Assembly (NCBI RefSeq): GCF_006345805.1
Contig: NC_042998.1
Location: 56,172,001-56,236,000, forward strand
DNA from: Octopus sinensis
Taxonomy: Eukaryota
Reading direction: 5' to 3'
Length of the DNA stretch: 64,000 bases
This document shows, in pieces, positions 51,532 through 63,063 of the stretch; position 1 is the first letter of the stretch; each line of letters starts with the position of its first letter. A program made the translations under genes and the position numbers. A model generated the notes under the pieces. It saw only the letters and a program-made list of their open reading frames with translations. It was not told the origin of the DNA and ran no database searches.

Positions 51532-52260
51532 TTAGCCAGAGATGATTTTTAAAAGACTCTGTTCTGTGTTGGGTTCTTTCTCTTTCTGCCTGTGGATCCT
51601 GGCTGTCTCAAAGTCAGAGACGGTTTGGTAGTTAAGAGCTTCTCCATAGCAATCTATTTGTTTATTAGTTTCAAATAAAGATCTAAGTATATTTATATCT
51701 ATCTGAAGCTGTATTTTTTGTTGTTTGAAATAAAAGTAGATTATATAAACTATCAAATAAATAACAAAAAATCTATTTTTTATATTTCTTTAGTAAAATC
51801 TAAAGACATTATTGCGCAACACTGAAACATAAATATTGTAAACTAATGCTGCTAATTTTTTTACTATTATGCTAAAAATTCCAAGTAGCTCTACACGCTG
51901 TTTCATTACCTGAATCAGCCCAGCTGACCCAGTTGTTAAAACAGTCTGACTGAATAAAATTATTATAGTAATTTTCAATCTCTTAAATTATTAGATTATT
52001 ATTTTAAAGGATTGTTATCGTTTTTCCTATAGAGGTTATCAGATATGACTTTATTTTGCTTACTTTTTGTTTAAATAGAACAGTTAGCAATTTATATTTT
52101 TTAGATGCTTCCATTAAGAAAATGGTAAGAGTCAATGCTGCTTCATGACAAATAGCTACATTAGGGGTAGATCTTAAAAAATATCTATTTGAGTGCAAAA
52201 AGTTTTCAGTAGCTTGAAGATATGCAGTACTTGAACCTCTTCTTAGCTTTAGTATATAAC
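51532..52260 (-). CDS. Candidate terminal exons 52260-52064, 51949-51910, 51749-51532, or a decayed coding sequence
   Basis: GTAAGC and GTAATG donors, ttttattcag and tatttgatag acceptors, compatible phases; first acceptor weak; product not recognised. Confidence 0.3.
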
Positions 52261-52943
52261 CTCAAGTGTTTATATATATTAAGCAGCGATATTTGTTTTA
52301 TATGATTCAATAGTATGTCTGTAACCAAATATCAATAATTTTAATTGTTTTTTTTGCGATATTAATAATTAACTCATGATATATATCTGATTACATTGGT
52401 AATTGACATATTCTGAGTGATGAAAATGAATTGTATTTTCGAAGGATCAAATTGTTCATATTTATTTGTCCATTTTGTTGTTAATAATCGCCAGCAAAAC
52501 CTGACACTTTGACAATTTCATTCGGAGAATTAAACAAATCTTTCACAAAGAATGAAAGTTGAATAAAAGAAACTGGATAACTCATTTCATTATTATTATT
52601 GATAAAAATTAATTTTGTATTACCACGAATAAAAAAAATAAACTAGCAAACCAATTAGAAAGAATTTATTTTTGATGTTGTTTAGCAGACGTTGTCTGAG
52701 TAACAGTATACGACAGAAAAAAGGGTTGTCTGCACTAATCGTAAGCCTCTTCTCACGTTTTTCTTTTAGCTAGAGCCTCTCGATATTATTATTCCCGTGG
52801 AAGCATGTAGTTAATGTCAGGATCTTGGAGTTTTAATATTTATTGAATGGACTTCTATACCTCAACTGAATATGTCAAATGTTGGTATCGTTACTGGTAC
52901 TGCAAATGCATTATGGGATATTCTTTCCCATAATGCATTTGCA

Positions 52944-53055
52944 TTTCCCCAAGACACTTGAAAAAGGCTGGAGGGTATATCAGCCGAAACGTTGTTTTAA
53001 CAACAAACAAGATGAGGACAGTCGAATGTAAATAATGTAAATAATGTAAATAATG
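52944..53055 (+). mobile_element. 5'-truncated PLE end with decayed hammerhead core
   Basis: gacac-TTGAAAA-a-GGCTG gagggtatat CAGCC-GAAA-CGTT and (gtaaataat)n tail; 12-bp TSD gggatattcttt at 52915-52926 and 53056-53067. Confidence 0.7.
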
Positions 53056-55044
53056 GGGATATTCTTTGTTGTAATAAAAAAGTTCTGGTAGCCTTAGCTT
53101 CTAAAGTCTCGTATGATATTCTTTGGTCACTCTATCTTTGTTTACAGCACGTTTGTATGATATATTTTCATCAATTCGTAAACGAAATAGCGATGAATTT
53201 AGAGTTAAAATATTTATCCTTTGAAGTATTTATAATATCAGAGACAGTGATTCCACTTTCAGTCACAAAGGGTAGGAACGTTGACTAGGTCTTTGCGAGA
53301 CTTGCATTAGCAGTAACTATGCGACAAGGATTTTTGCCAATTACAGTGGCTTCAGCAGCCATGAAAATGGAATAGAATTAAATGCCCCCCATCTCCTGCA
53401 ATTCAGCAACAGTTACTGTACTGATTAGCTCTCAATATAGTGGAATTGTTTCAGGTAGCTTGTGTAAAGTTTGAACATAATATTTAAGCATGCAATGGTC
53501 TATAGTTTTCATTCTTTGCTACAAAATTTGCCTGTGCCAATTCAATATGCTAATCATATCTTCCATAGTTCTTTAAAATACATGCATTAATAATATCCTA
53601 TAAAACGTCAAGACTTTGGACCCATACCCAACTAATTAGGCTTTTACTTAATGTCTTCGTATCATGCAGCTTTTTCCCAGCTTTGATAAAAGTTTCAAAG
53701 TCAGTTATATTTACTATTAATGTTGCTAAAGTATTCGTTTTTCGTAGTTTATAGCGATAATGTATTCTGATTAAAACCTTTCCTTTCATTCTAGATTTGA
53801 AATCAAATTGATTTTAAGATCTTTCTGCGAAGGAGCTCTTTTATAGTGACATTGTTCTTTTTTTTTTTTCATTCTTCTGTTAACAGCAAGTGGCAAGTGG
53901 ACCAGAACCAAGTGTACAGTTAGAAAGTACTTTCTATTTTTTCCGATAACGGAATTGCTTTTCACCCAGATCTTGAGCTCATGCTATAAAATTAATAATT
54001 TTCCCCCACAAAGTTTTGACGGTCAGAATCTCTGTCGAGTTTTGTCAATTTTTTTCATGAAATGCATTTGGTGCATTTGGTGCACTGTGAATATATTATT
54101 CGCCTTACAATGATATTCATTTCATGACGTTATAAAACAAATGTCTGATTTCGAGATTTGTATTGTTTTTATTTTCTACACTCATTATCCACAAAATTAG
54201 AATGCTTAGTAACGTGCATTATGAATATTTCTCAGGTGTTCCTTAATTCTCAGGTGTCGAGTAGCAACCGTAATTCAAGTAGGTATTGATAGTCTAATGC
54301 GTATTATAACATTTTTATAGCCTCTAGCGACATCGTCAATGTTTTATAATACACGAGTGGTTGTTTTTCCCTATTCTATTAAAAAAAAGTGTTATCTATA
54401 CTTTCATAATGTTTAAAACGTTTTAAAGCTGTTATATTCCACAGTCATTGCAGAGATCTGTTTTACATACAGATATAATGAGAACTGTGTAATAGTGGCG
54501 GCAGTATCGTCCGTTTGCTTATAGCTTTATCGGTCGATTCTATGGCAGTTTTGAATATCTGCAGAAAATCGAATAGCATCGTAGGAGTCGAAGTAGCCAT
54601 TGTTTTTGTTCAAAGAAAAATGTCACACACGCACTCATCCCGCCACAGACACATATACAAACACAAATATATGTACACAATATCTATATACAAACAAACA
54701 GATGCACGCGCGCACGCGTGTTTGTGCATGTGTATGTATGTATGTCATTCATTTTTATTTCAAGATTTCTAGCTATTAGAGAAAGAGCCGGTTTCTAACC
54801 TAAATCCAAGGCTTCCTCATTGGAATTTCAACATCAACAACAGGGTATTTTTGTATGTATGTATGTAAAAGAAAATGGGATGACAAAGAAATGAGCGACT
54901 TTCTTATGAACTTCGGTAGTTTACGACTATTCTGTGCTATAAGATATAGTGAACTCCTAGTTGAGTGCCTGAGTAGCGCCTTACAACTTCATCAGAGCCT
55001 CGACTATGAAATGCAATTTATTTAATGCAATTTATTTAATTATA

Positions 55045-55156
55045 TACTCAATACTTCCTGTAGAAGCTCCTTCTATAAAATAAAATATATATATATATAT
55101 TTATATATTTATATATTTTATTTTATAGAAGGAGCTTCTACAGGAAGTATTGAGTA
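55045..55156. repeat. Perfect 46-bp inverted repeat with a 20-bp AT spacer
   Basis: 55045-55090 is the exact reverse complement of 55111-55156. Confidence 0.95.
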
Positions 55157-55339
55157 CCTTATTTACTGTGGTTAACCCGACTCAACCCGGGACCTATTAT
55201 ATATATATTATATATATATATTATTATATATTATATATATAATATATATATTATATTATATTATATATTATATATATATATATATATGTATATGTATATA
55301 TATATTTATAATTGTATGTATATATATATATATATATAT

Positions 55340-55600
55340 ACCGGAGTAGTAAACACATAAATGTGAAACAAGGTGGAAAAAAGAGTACTCAAATACCAGT
55401 GGTAGAGTAATATGCTTTTTTTAAAGCAGCAGAAAATTCACAAAATCTTTTACTCTGAGTTGCCGTTCATCAGACAGTTTTGTTAGAATGGAACCGATAT
55501 ATCAATTCAATCCAGACTCTTACAAACGCTACACCTTTAAACAATGGACTTGTTTGATTGGCCCTTTAGAAATAACGGTCAATCTTCGAGCGATAAACAA
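55340..55600 (-). mobile_element. PLE-type end, same family as 37430-37510, with deleted hammerhead
   Basis: Shared ttaaagcagcagaaaattca..ttactctgagtt; minus strand has CTGATGA but helix II and GAAA are deleted. Confidence 0.65.
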
Positions 55601-56771
55601 AAATGAGCTCAAAAAATATATGTATACATATATCTATAAAAAAAAAATTATAAAATTATAAAATTCGAGGAAAAACCTTACATTGAATAAATACATATTG
55701 ACGTTAATGAAGGAAATATAATTAATACATGGAAATTAAAATGCATTATAAATATTACACTGCAATACATATTCATATTAAAGTGTACATATATATATCA
55801 ACATACACAGAAGGATGCGTGCAAACGCATACATATACAGACGTATAAATATAAATCTAAAATATACACACAAATGCATGCATACATATGTATACGCAAT
55901 GTATCTCGCACGCAAGTTTAAAATCATGGATGCTAATGTAGCGTTCCTTATTTACGGAGCAAAGCTTAAGTGAGGGGGACGTAAAGTGTATGCACCAGTA
56001 TCCTATAGTTAGAGAAAAGAAAGAAAGGAAGCGAAAAGAGAGAGAGAAAAAGGAACGAGAGAGAAAAAGGAACGAAAAGAAGGGGGGGAAGGAAAAAAAA
56101 AAAGAAAAAGGGAGGGGTGGGGAAAAAACGAAATAAGAAAAATTATGTTACAAGCTGTGTAACCACGTTATTGACATATATATAGAGACAAGTATACAAA
56201 CACACACGTTCAAGTGGATACATACACATACAGCCGTGTATGTGTGTGTGCTTAAGCACAAACATACGCTCACTTACCCTACACAGAGACGCATGCTTAC
56301 AAATACATATCCATGGCTATACACATATTTACATCAAAATTCTAATTTTTGACAACATTGCTTTTTTAAAAAAATGGTGACTGTAATAATGAAAAATATA
56401 CGAAACACATAAAATACAACACCCTATATATATATATATACTTATATACTTATATATATGGCACAGTGGTTAGCGCAGCGGACTTACGGTCGTAGGATCG
56501 CAGTTTCCATTCCCAGACCGGGCTTGTGAGTGTTTATTGAGCAAAAATACCTAAAGCTCCACGAACCCTCACCGTCGTAATCGACGGTGTGCCACAATTT
56601 CTATACATATATATATTATATATATATATATATTATATATATATATATATATACTTACATACTTATATCTATATTTGATTATATATACTTATATACATAT
56701 ATTTATATATACACTTATATATATATATATAATACTTATATCTATATTTAATTATATACATTATATACACA

Positions 56772-56810
<39 letters not shown>

Positions 56811-56833
56811 TAATATATATATATATATGTATG

Positions 56834-56880
<47 letters not shown>

Positions 56881-57158
56881 AACCTATTTACTTGAATTCT
56901 ATTGAATTCTAAGTGCAAAAATTCCGTCATTGAAATAAAAAGTTTTGCAAACATCGTAAAAGAAGTAAGAAAGTTGAGAAAGTAAGAGAAGAAAATAAAA
57001 TTTAAATGTAAAAGGAAATTGTCTATTTAAAGAAATAATGGAATTGGAAATTGTACTGTATTTTTAGAAGCAATGTCGTTGTTAATTTTAAGAATGAGTG
57101 AAATAATTTTAAATATTCATAGGCGTAGGAGTGGCTGTGTGGTAAATAGCTTGCTTAC

Positions 57159-58140
57159 TTCACTGAAGAGTTAGCGTTATTTTACGCTCTGAAGCCACAT
57201 CGTTTTGCGTTGTGAATAATTGAAAAATTGAAGCAAAACAACAGGCAAGGCGTTTGTTTTTTGGGGAGCTTAGTGGAGTCCGTTGTTTTGTAATTAATAA
57301 TTTTTGACCAGCAAGGGTCTCCACTGAGTTCCAGACATTTACCTGCCTGTGGTCGTGCGAGTAGACTCGCTTTGTAGTGAGAATTGTGTTTTTGGAAGGG
57401 GTGTATCCCCTCCGAAAATTGTGAAAATTGTGACTTTGTTTGTGCACTTGGCAAGGAGGATTTACCATTCAGGCAAGGAGTACGGAGACAGCAAGAATTT
57501 GATGAAAATTGGAAATTTTGTGCTGCGACGGAGAACTACGATTTGTGGATTACCTGAGTAGTTGAATTGTGTCTTCCTTCACTTTTCTTCTCTCTTCTGT
57601 CTTTCTGTTCTTTCTTTGTGTTTTTTCATTGACTTTTATTTGAATATTTTTGGACTTTTTGCTTTTGGAACATTCTATTTTTATTTGATTTTTAAAAAAT
57701 GGCAACAAAGAATACCGTTTGGGAGTGGCGAATTGAGGCCCTCAAAGAATGGCTTAAAATTATACTGAGAGAGCGGTGGTGTTAAGGACCTACTCTAGGG
57801 TCCTTGAAACCATCGCTGTGTTCTCTCAGTCTGAGATTGAGGAAGAGTTGGCAGAGTACCTGCCAACTTTTAGAGTTATCCGTACGGGAGCAAAGTATGC
57901 AACCGCGTGTGTGATTTTTTGACGCCTCTACGGAGGCACAAAAATTTGCATGCCAGCTGGTGGAAGGGGAGAAAATTTTGTTTCTCCCCACATACGGTGG
58001 GCGAAAATTAACAAGAGCTTGGGTGTGTGCGCTGCCACCCGTAATTGAGCCTGAGTGGATAGAAGAGATTATCCGCCGGGGTCTGGGTGGCAGTAACACC
58101 AAGCTGTTAGATGTAAAGATTATGTCAGCGGCTGGGTGGG
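57159..58140 (+). mobile_element. ORF1/gag-only retroposon, copy 3 (3'-truncated)
   Basis: FLPTYGGRKLTRAWVCALPPVIEPEWIEEII aligns by eye with LLPSYCGKRAMKVKIGRVPPELDIERLVAAII of copy 1; interrupts a SINE A head at 57121-57158. Confidence 0.6.
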
Positions 58141-58189
58141 TATAGCCCAGTATACCCATCATGACTAACCGTCTATTATTATTATTATT

Positions 58190-58746
58190 ATTGAGTGAAA
58201 GAGCAGTGCATGCCATCAAAGTGACACTGGGGTAAAATATACGAAGCCCAATATACCCATCATGACTACCCGTCTGATAAGGGTACACCAGGCACATGCA
58301 TCACAACCATATGTGCGCGACATGGTGATCTCATATCAAGATAAACAGCACATGACCTTGCAGGTGGGGCCCAGTTAGAATTTTCTTCAGGTTGAGTAGC
58401 CCATCCCGCTCAAAAGGTCCCTGAATAAGGGTTGTTTAAGGATGTTGAAAGAACCACCCATGTTTCCAGAGGTGAATTATTCAAACCCCAAAGAATCCCT
58501 CTCAACACATGGCTATGATGCTCCCCCACTACTTCTGCTCGTGATCAGAGATGCACATATCGTCAGCCACTGAGGGACATGCTCAACTGGTTAAGGTCAA
58601 ACAACTGACAAGCAAATCTGTGGTATTGAGCAGAATATTTGCTGTAGCCCATCTTTTATACCAAGACAAAACAATGTACATGATAACACTTCCAATCAGT
58701 TAAGATCAGAAGCCATGAGAGCCACTGCCTGGTACTGCATCAGGGC

Positions 58747-58750
<4 letters not shown>
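58190..58750 (-). mobile_element. ~560-bp non-coding interspersed element between (ATT)n arrays
   Basis: Same family as 18190-18722. Confidence 0.8.
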
Positions 58751-58785
<35 letters not shown>

Positions 58786-58840
58786 CATCATCATCACTAT
58801 CATTAATAATAACAACAACAACAACACCATCACCACCACC

Positions 58841-58931
<91 letters not shown>

Positions 58932-59274
58932 TAATAATAATAGACGGTTAGTCATGATGGGTATACTGGGCTACATATATTTTCCCCAAGTGTTACTTTG
59001 ACTGCACGCACTGCTCTCTCACTCAGTAATAATACTAATAATATTGTAAATAAATTTTCTAATTTTTAGCACAAGACCAGCAATTTTGGGAGTGGGCTGG
59101 GTTTATTATATTTATCCTAATGGTTGGACTGATACTTATTTTAACAGTCTCGAAAGGAAGAAAGGTAAAGTCGATCCCAGTGACATTTGAACTGCTAAGC
59201 ATATTTCTCGGTGTGCTAACGATTCTTCTCGCTTGCCGCCTTAATTTGAATGTAAATAACTTAGAGGAAATAAA

Positions 59275-59570
59275 GTTTGTTCCTTCTCGAGCCACACTTG
59301 GCTCATAGGGCCGGTTTCCCGGTTTCCTTGGCGTATAGGTTCCCCACCTGGACGGGACGCCGGTCCGTCGCAGGTGAGCTGCAAGATACAGAAGGAAAGA
59401 GTGAGAGAAAGTTGTGGCGAAAGAGTCAGCAGAATTTCGCCATTACTTTCTACCGGAGTCGCGTGGAGCTTAGGTGTTTCGCTCATAAACGCTCACATCG
59501 CCCGGTCTGAGATTCGAACCCGCGATCCCTCGACCGCGAGTCAGCTGCTCTAACCACTAGGCCATGTGCC
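59275..59570 (-). mobile_element. tRNA-derived SINE family C, CpG-rich (young)
   Basis: Minus: ggcacatggcctagtggttagagcagc..gggttcgaatctc (A/B boxes) followed by a non-tRNA body; decayed partial copy at about 56455-56570 (+). Confidence 0.85.
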
Positions 59571-59971
59571 TCCACAGAGGAAATAAAACGAAACGCAAAA
59601 AGTGCTGGACAAACGGGTCTAGAACTAATGGCTATCTGGTTAACAGAAATTTACACACGCATGCGTGCACTACGTCTACTGTGCAACTATTATACATTTT
59701 ATTCGTGATAAACTATATCTATTTACCAAACAGTATCCTTCAAATATTAAAATAAACTTGAACTAACTGCTAATATACACTCCATTACGGAAAACAATAT
59801 CGCAAAATAAGAACTGACTATCCTAGGTAAGCGAATCATAAAAAAAGAACAGTGACAACAAAGATATTGACGAAACGAAAACGAAAAAATGACATTTACC
59901 ACAATCAACCACTTGCACGTTAATTTCACGTGCAAGCTGTTCCGTTGATCGTATCAGGTGGGACCCACGTC

Positions 59972-60023
<52 letters not shown>

Positions 60024-60063
60024 TGTGTGTGCGCGCATATATATAACATACATATATATATAT

Positions 60064-60124
<61 letters not shown>

Positions 60125-60199
60125 GTTGTATGTATGTATGTATGTATGTATGAAGTATGTATGTATGCATGTATGTATGTTGTATGTATGTATGTATGT

Positions 60200-60545
60200 A
60201 TGTCAGGTCACTTTCGAGTGCTACTGGTAACATGTAACCCAGTACAACCTGTTGCATGGTCGGGTCGCCGGCGACTAAACCGGCAACACCACCAAGCTTG
60301 CTTGGTGAGGAGGGTGTTTATTGGTCACCCTGCGGGATGAAAAACAAAACCCGATAAAAAGCGGAGGAACTCTTGAGAGTCAACAGCCATCCAATAAATG
60401 TCTTAAGGCTGTATCATGCGCGGGGACATAGAAATAATCGGACTGAATACCCGATCGCGCGGTTAACCCATTGGGAGTGAAGGATAACTGGAATAACTCG
60501 GAAATAAAACCTGCGGCTCAGTGGTTACCGATGATGCTGACTTGT
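60200..60545 (+). mobile_element. CpG-rich structured repeat, probably a LINE (RTE-like) 5' UTR
   Basis: High CpG retention, several hairpins, begins at a (TATG)n tract; family assignment is from recollection only. Confidence 0.4.
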
Positions 60546-60944
60546 TCTTCCTTTCGGATTATGGCTGCTGTTGCTTAGTGAGTGGGATTGACTCAGTGCA
60601 CAGCCTTTCCTCACTTAAAAAAATCTTCTTGCACAGGCATTGCACGATAACAACGTTGATTAAGCCTCGTGCAATGGCCATACTCGATAACGAAGGGACA
60701 GCCACCATGTATGCATGTATGTATGTATATGCATCGTAGCTCTTTGCTTCGACATTCGAAAATCCGAGTACTATAATGACAAATGACTATTTGTTCTAAA
60801 TTATACATAAATAAGTAATCCTCTATTTACCTAATATCGTTGTCTCATTGTTTTCTTGCCACTTTTTTATTATTATTATTATATGTGTATATATATATAT
60901 ATATATATGCATGTGTGTGCGTGTGTATAAATACATATATTCAT

Positions 60945-61885
60945 ATTCTTTTATTCTTTTATTCCTTTCAGCCATGCAGCTGCAGCTATCCTGGAGCACC
61001 ACCATGGTTTTGCTGATTTCTTCAAGCTGGGGGTGGGGTTCGCATCACCACTCTTGTATGTGCCTTTTTCCCAGCTGTTGGCCCATTTGGTGTATATGAG
61101 GAAGTTTGATTCTGTTGCCCTCGTCTGTACCTCATACCAGGCCGTTGGTTCATCTGGTATTGTGGAGAAGGGATGTCTAGTTCCTTTTTGAAGACATCTG
61201 TCCCCACATTATTTTTTAACTTTTACCTTTGCAAAGTCAAGGTATATCATACTGACATCTGAATGGTCGAGCAACTGTTTCAAAACCCAGTCATCGAGCT
61301 GTAAGAGCTGTGTGTGGTAGCTTCTTTCTGGACGAAAGCTATGCTGTATATTGTTCAGTAGGTAATTTTCTTCTAGGAACATTATCAGTTGCGGATCTTT
61401 TCGGTTTGAACGGCAGTTTTTAACATAATTTCTAGGTAACTAAAAAATTTTAAACTTCGTATACTGGTAGATTGTGTTTATAAAACATCTTTTTCTCTTG
61501 GCTTTATTGAGAAAATTCTATAGTTTGTAAGGTATTTGTTGTTTTTTTCTTCAGTGACGTCTATTGAGTTAAAAAGCATTCTATGCCATATGAATATGTC
61601 CCTCGTATAAGAAACAGATTGGGTTTATTTACATTTGTGAAGAAAAAAATACCCTTCTCCCACCCCTAACCCTAACTCTAACCCTAAAAGATATTGAAAT
61701 GCAATAGATCGATTCTAGGGTCATAATTATGGGTGACAATTTCATATAACACCGCTAGAAAAAACTGCCGTTCAAACCGAAAAGATCCCCAGTTTCTTTC
61801 TGATGATTCGTTCCATGACTTTACTGATATGTGAAGTCAGAGAGATTGACCTGCAGTTTTTTGACTCTGCTCTACCCCCAGGACA
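60945..61885 (-). mobile_element. CR1/L2-type LINE remnant with internal deletion
   Basis: NCRSISLTSHISKVMERIIRKKL / IMFLEENYLLNNIQHSFRPERS..QLL..MIYLDFAK, then the 3' end VFKKELD and tail (gaataaaa)n. Confidence 0.85.
61392..61789. mobile_element. TIR MITE with (CCCTAA)n, copy 3, inserted in the CR1 RT
   Basis: Same TIRs; flanks cagttg / cagttt. Confidence 0.9.
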
Positions 61886-61917
61886 TACATATTTACATAC
61901 ACACACGCGCACGCGTA

Positions 61918-61954
<37 letters not shown>

Positions 61955-62389
61955 GCATGTATGTGCGTGTGTCTGCATATAAATGCATATACACTACATA
62001 TACACATATATACATCTATACATACATATATACACGCATGCATATACTCGGCTCCGAGGAATCCCTGCCTACTTTGTGAACCAGTGAGAAGATTATTAAT
62101 AGAATTTCTGAAAGACTCTCAAGATGCTTACATGCTTACAAATGCACTTTCGCACAATGCAGTGGGAATGAATTTGAGTAAGCGTTAACCAAATTAATAA
62201 TCATACTTTACTTTAAGGTATGGACGAATTAGATTTAACTCCAGCCTCACCATTCTTATAAACACTAAGTAGCTATTTAATTCGCTGCGTGAGCGTGTGT
62301 ACGCCAAACCACGCGTGTGCGCATGCTTATACTTTCGACGATGTTTGTACGAGCGAGTGTACGTGCGCTATACAACTTAAGCGAGAGCG

Positions 62390-62473
<84 letters not shown>

Positions 62474-62476
<3 letters not shown>

Positions 62477-62710
62477 TTAATCCAAACAAGAAAGCACAGA
62501 AAAACACAACAACGCGAGGACGTGGACAAATATAGTATTATTGGACGCTCAGGAAAGAAGGAAAGAAGGAGGGCTTAACGTTTCGAGCGGAGCTCTTCGT
62601 CGGAAACATAGAAGGAAAGATCCAGAGAAGGGAAGACAGAGGAAAAAAAAATCGTCAACGGTACACACGCGGTCACATTTTGAATATATACTTACACACA
62701 CACACACACA

Positions 62711-62772
<62 letters not shown>

Positions 62773-62983
62773 AGTTAATCCAAACAAGAAAGCACAGAAA
62801 AACACAACAACGCGAGGACGTGGAACAAATATAGTATTATTGGACGCTCAGGAAAGAAGGAAAGAAGGAGGGCTTAACGTTTCGAGCGGAGCTCTTCGTC
62901 GGAAACATAGAAGGAAAGATCCAGAGAAGGGAAGACAGAGGAAAAAAAAATCGTCAACGGTACACACGCGGTCACATTTTGAA
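62474..62983 (-). repeat. Two tandem ~299-bp units, each with a hammerhead motif (62572-62610, 62871-62909)
   Basis: Near-identical units at 62474-62685 and 62772-62983 separated by microsatellite; minus motif gttt-CCGACGA-a-GAGC tcc GCTC-GAAA-CGT-T-aag. Confidence 0.85.
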
Positions 62984-63016
62984 TATATACTTATACACAC
63001 ACACACACACAACACA

Positions 63017-63063
<47 letters not shown>

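Noticed and set aside
54955-55005. Minus-strand CTGATGA followed by an AGTTG/CAACT stem
   Set aside because: No GAAA after helix II and no helix I partner
59490-59570. tRNA gene-like sequence (also the SINE heads at 10985, 16905, 56455)
   Set aside because: A/B boxes are present but there is no proper acceptor-stem closure, and the sequence continues into repeated SINE bodies
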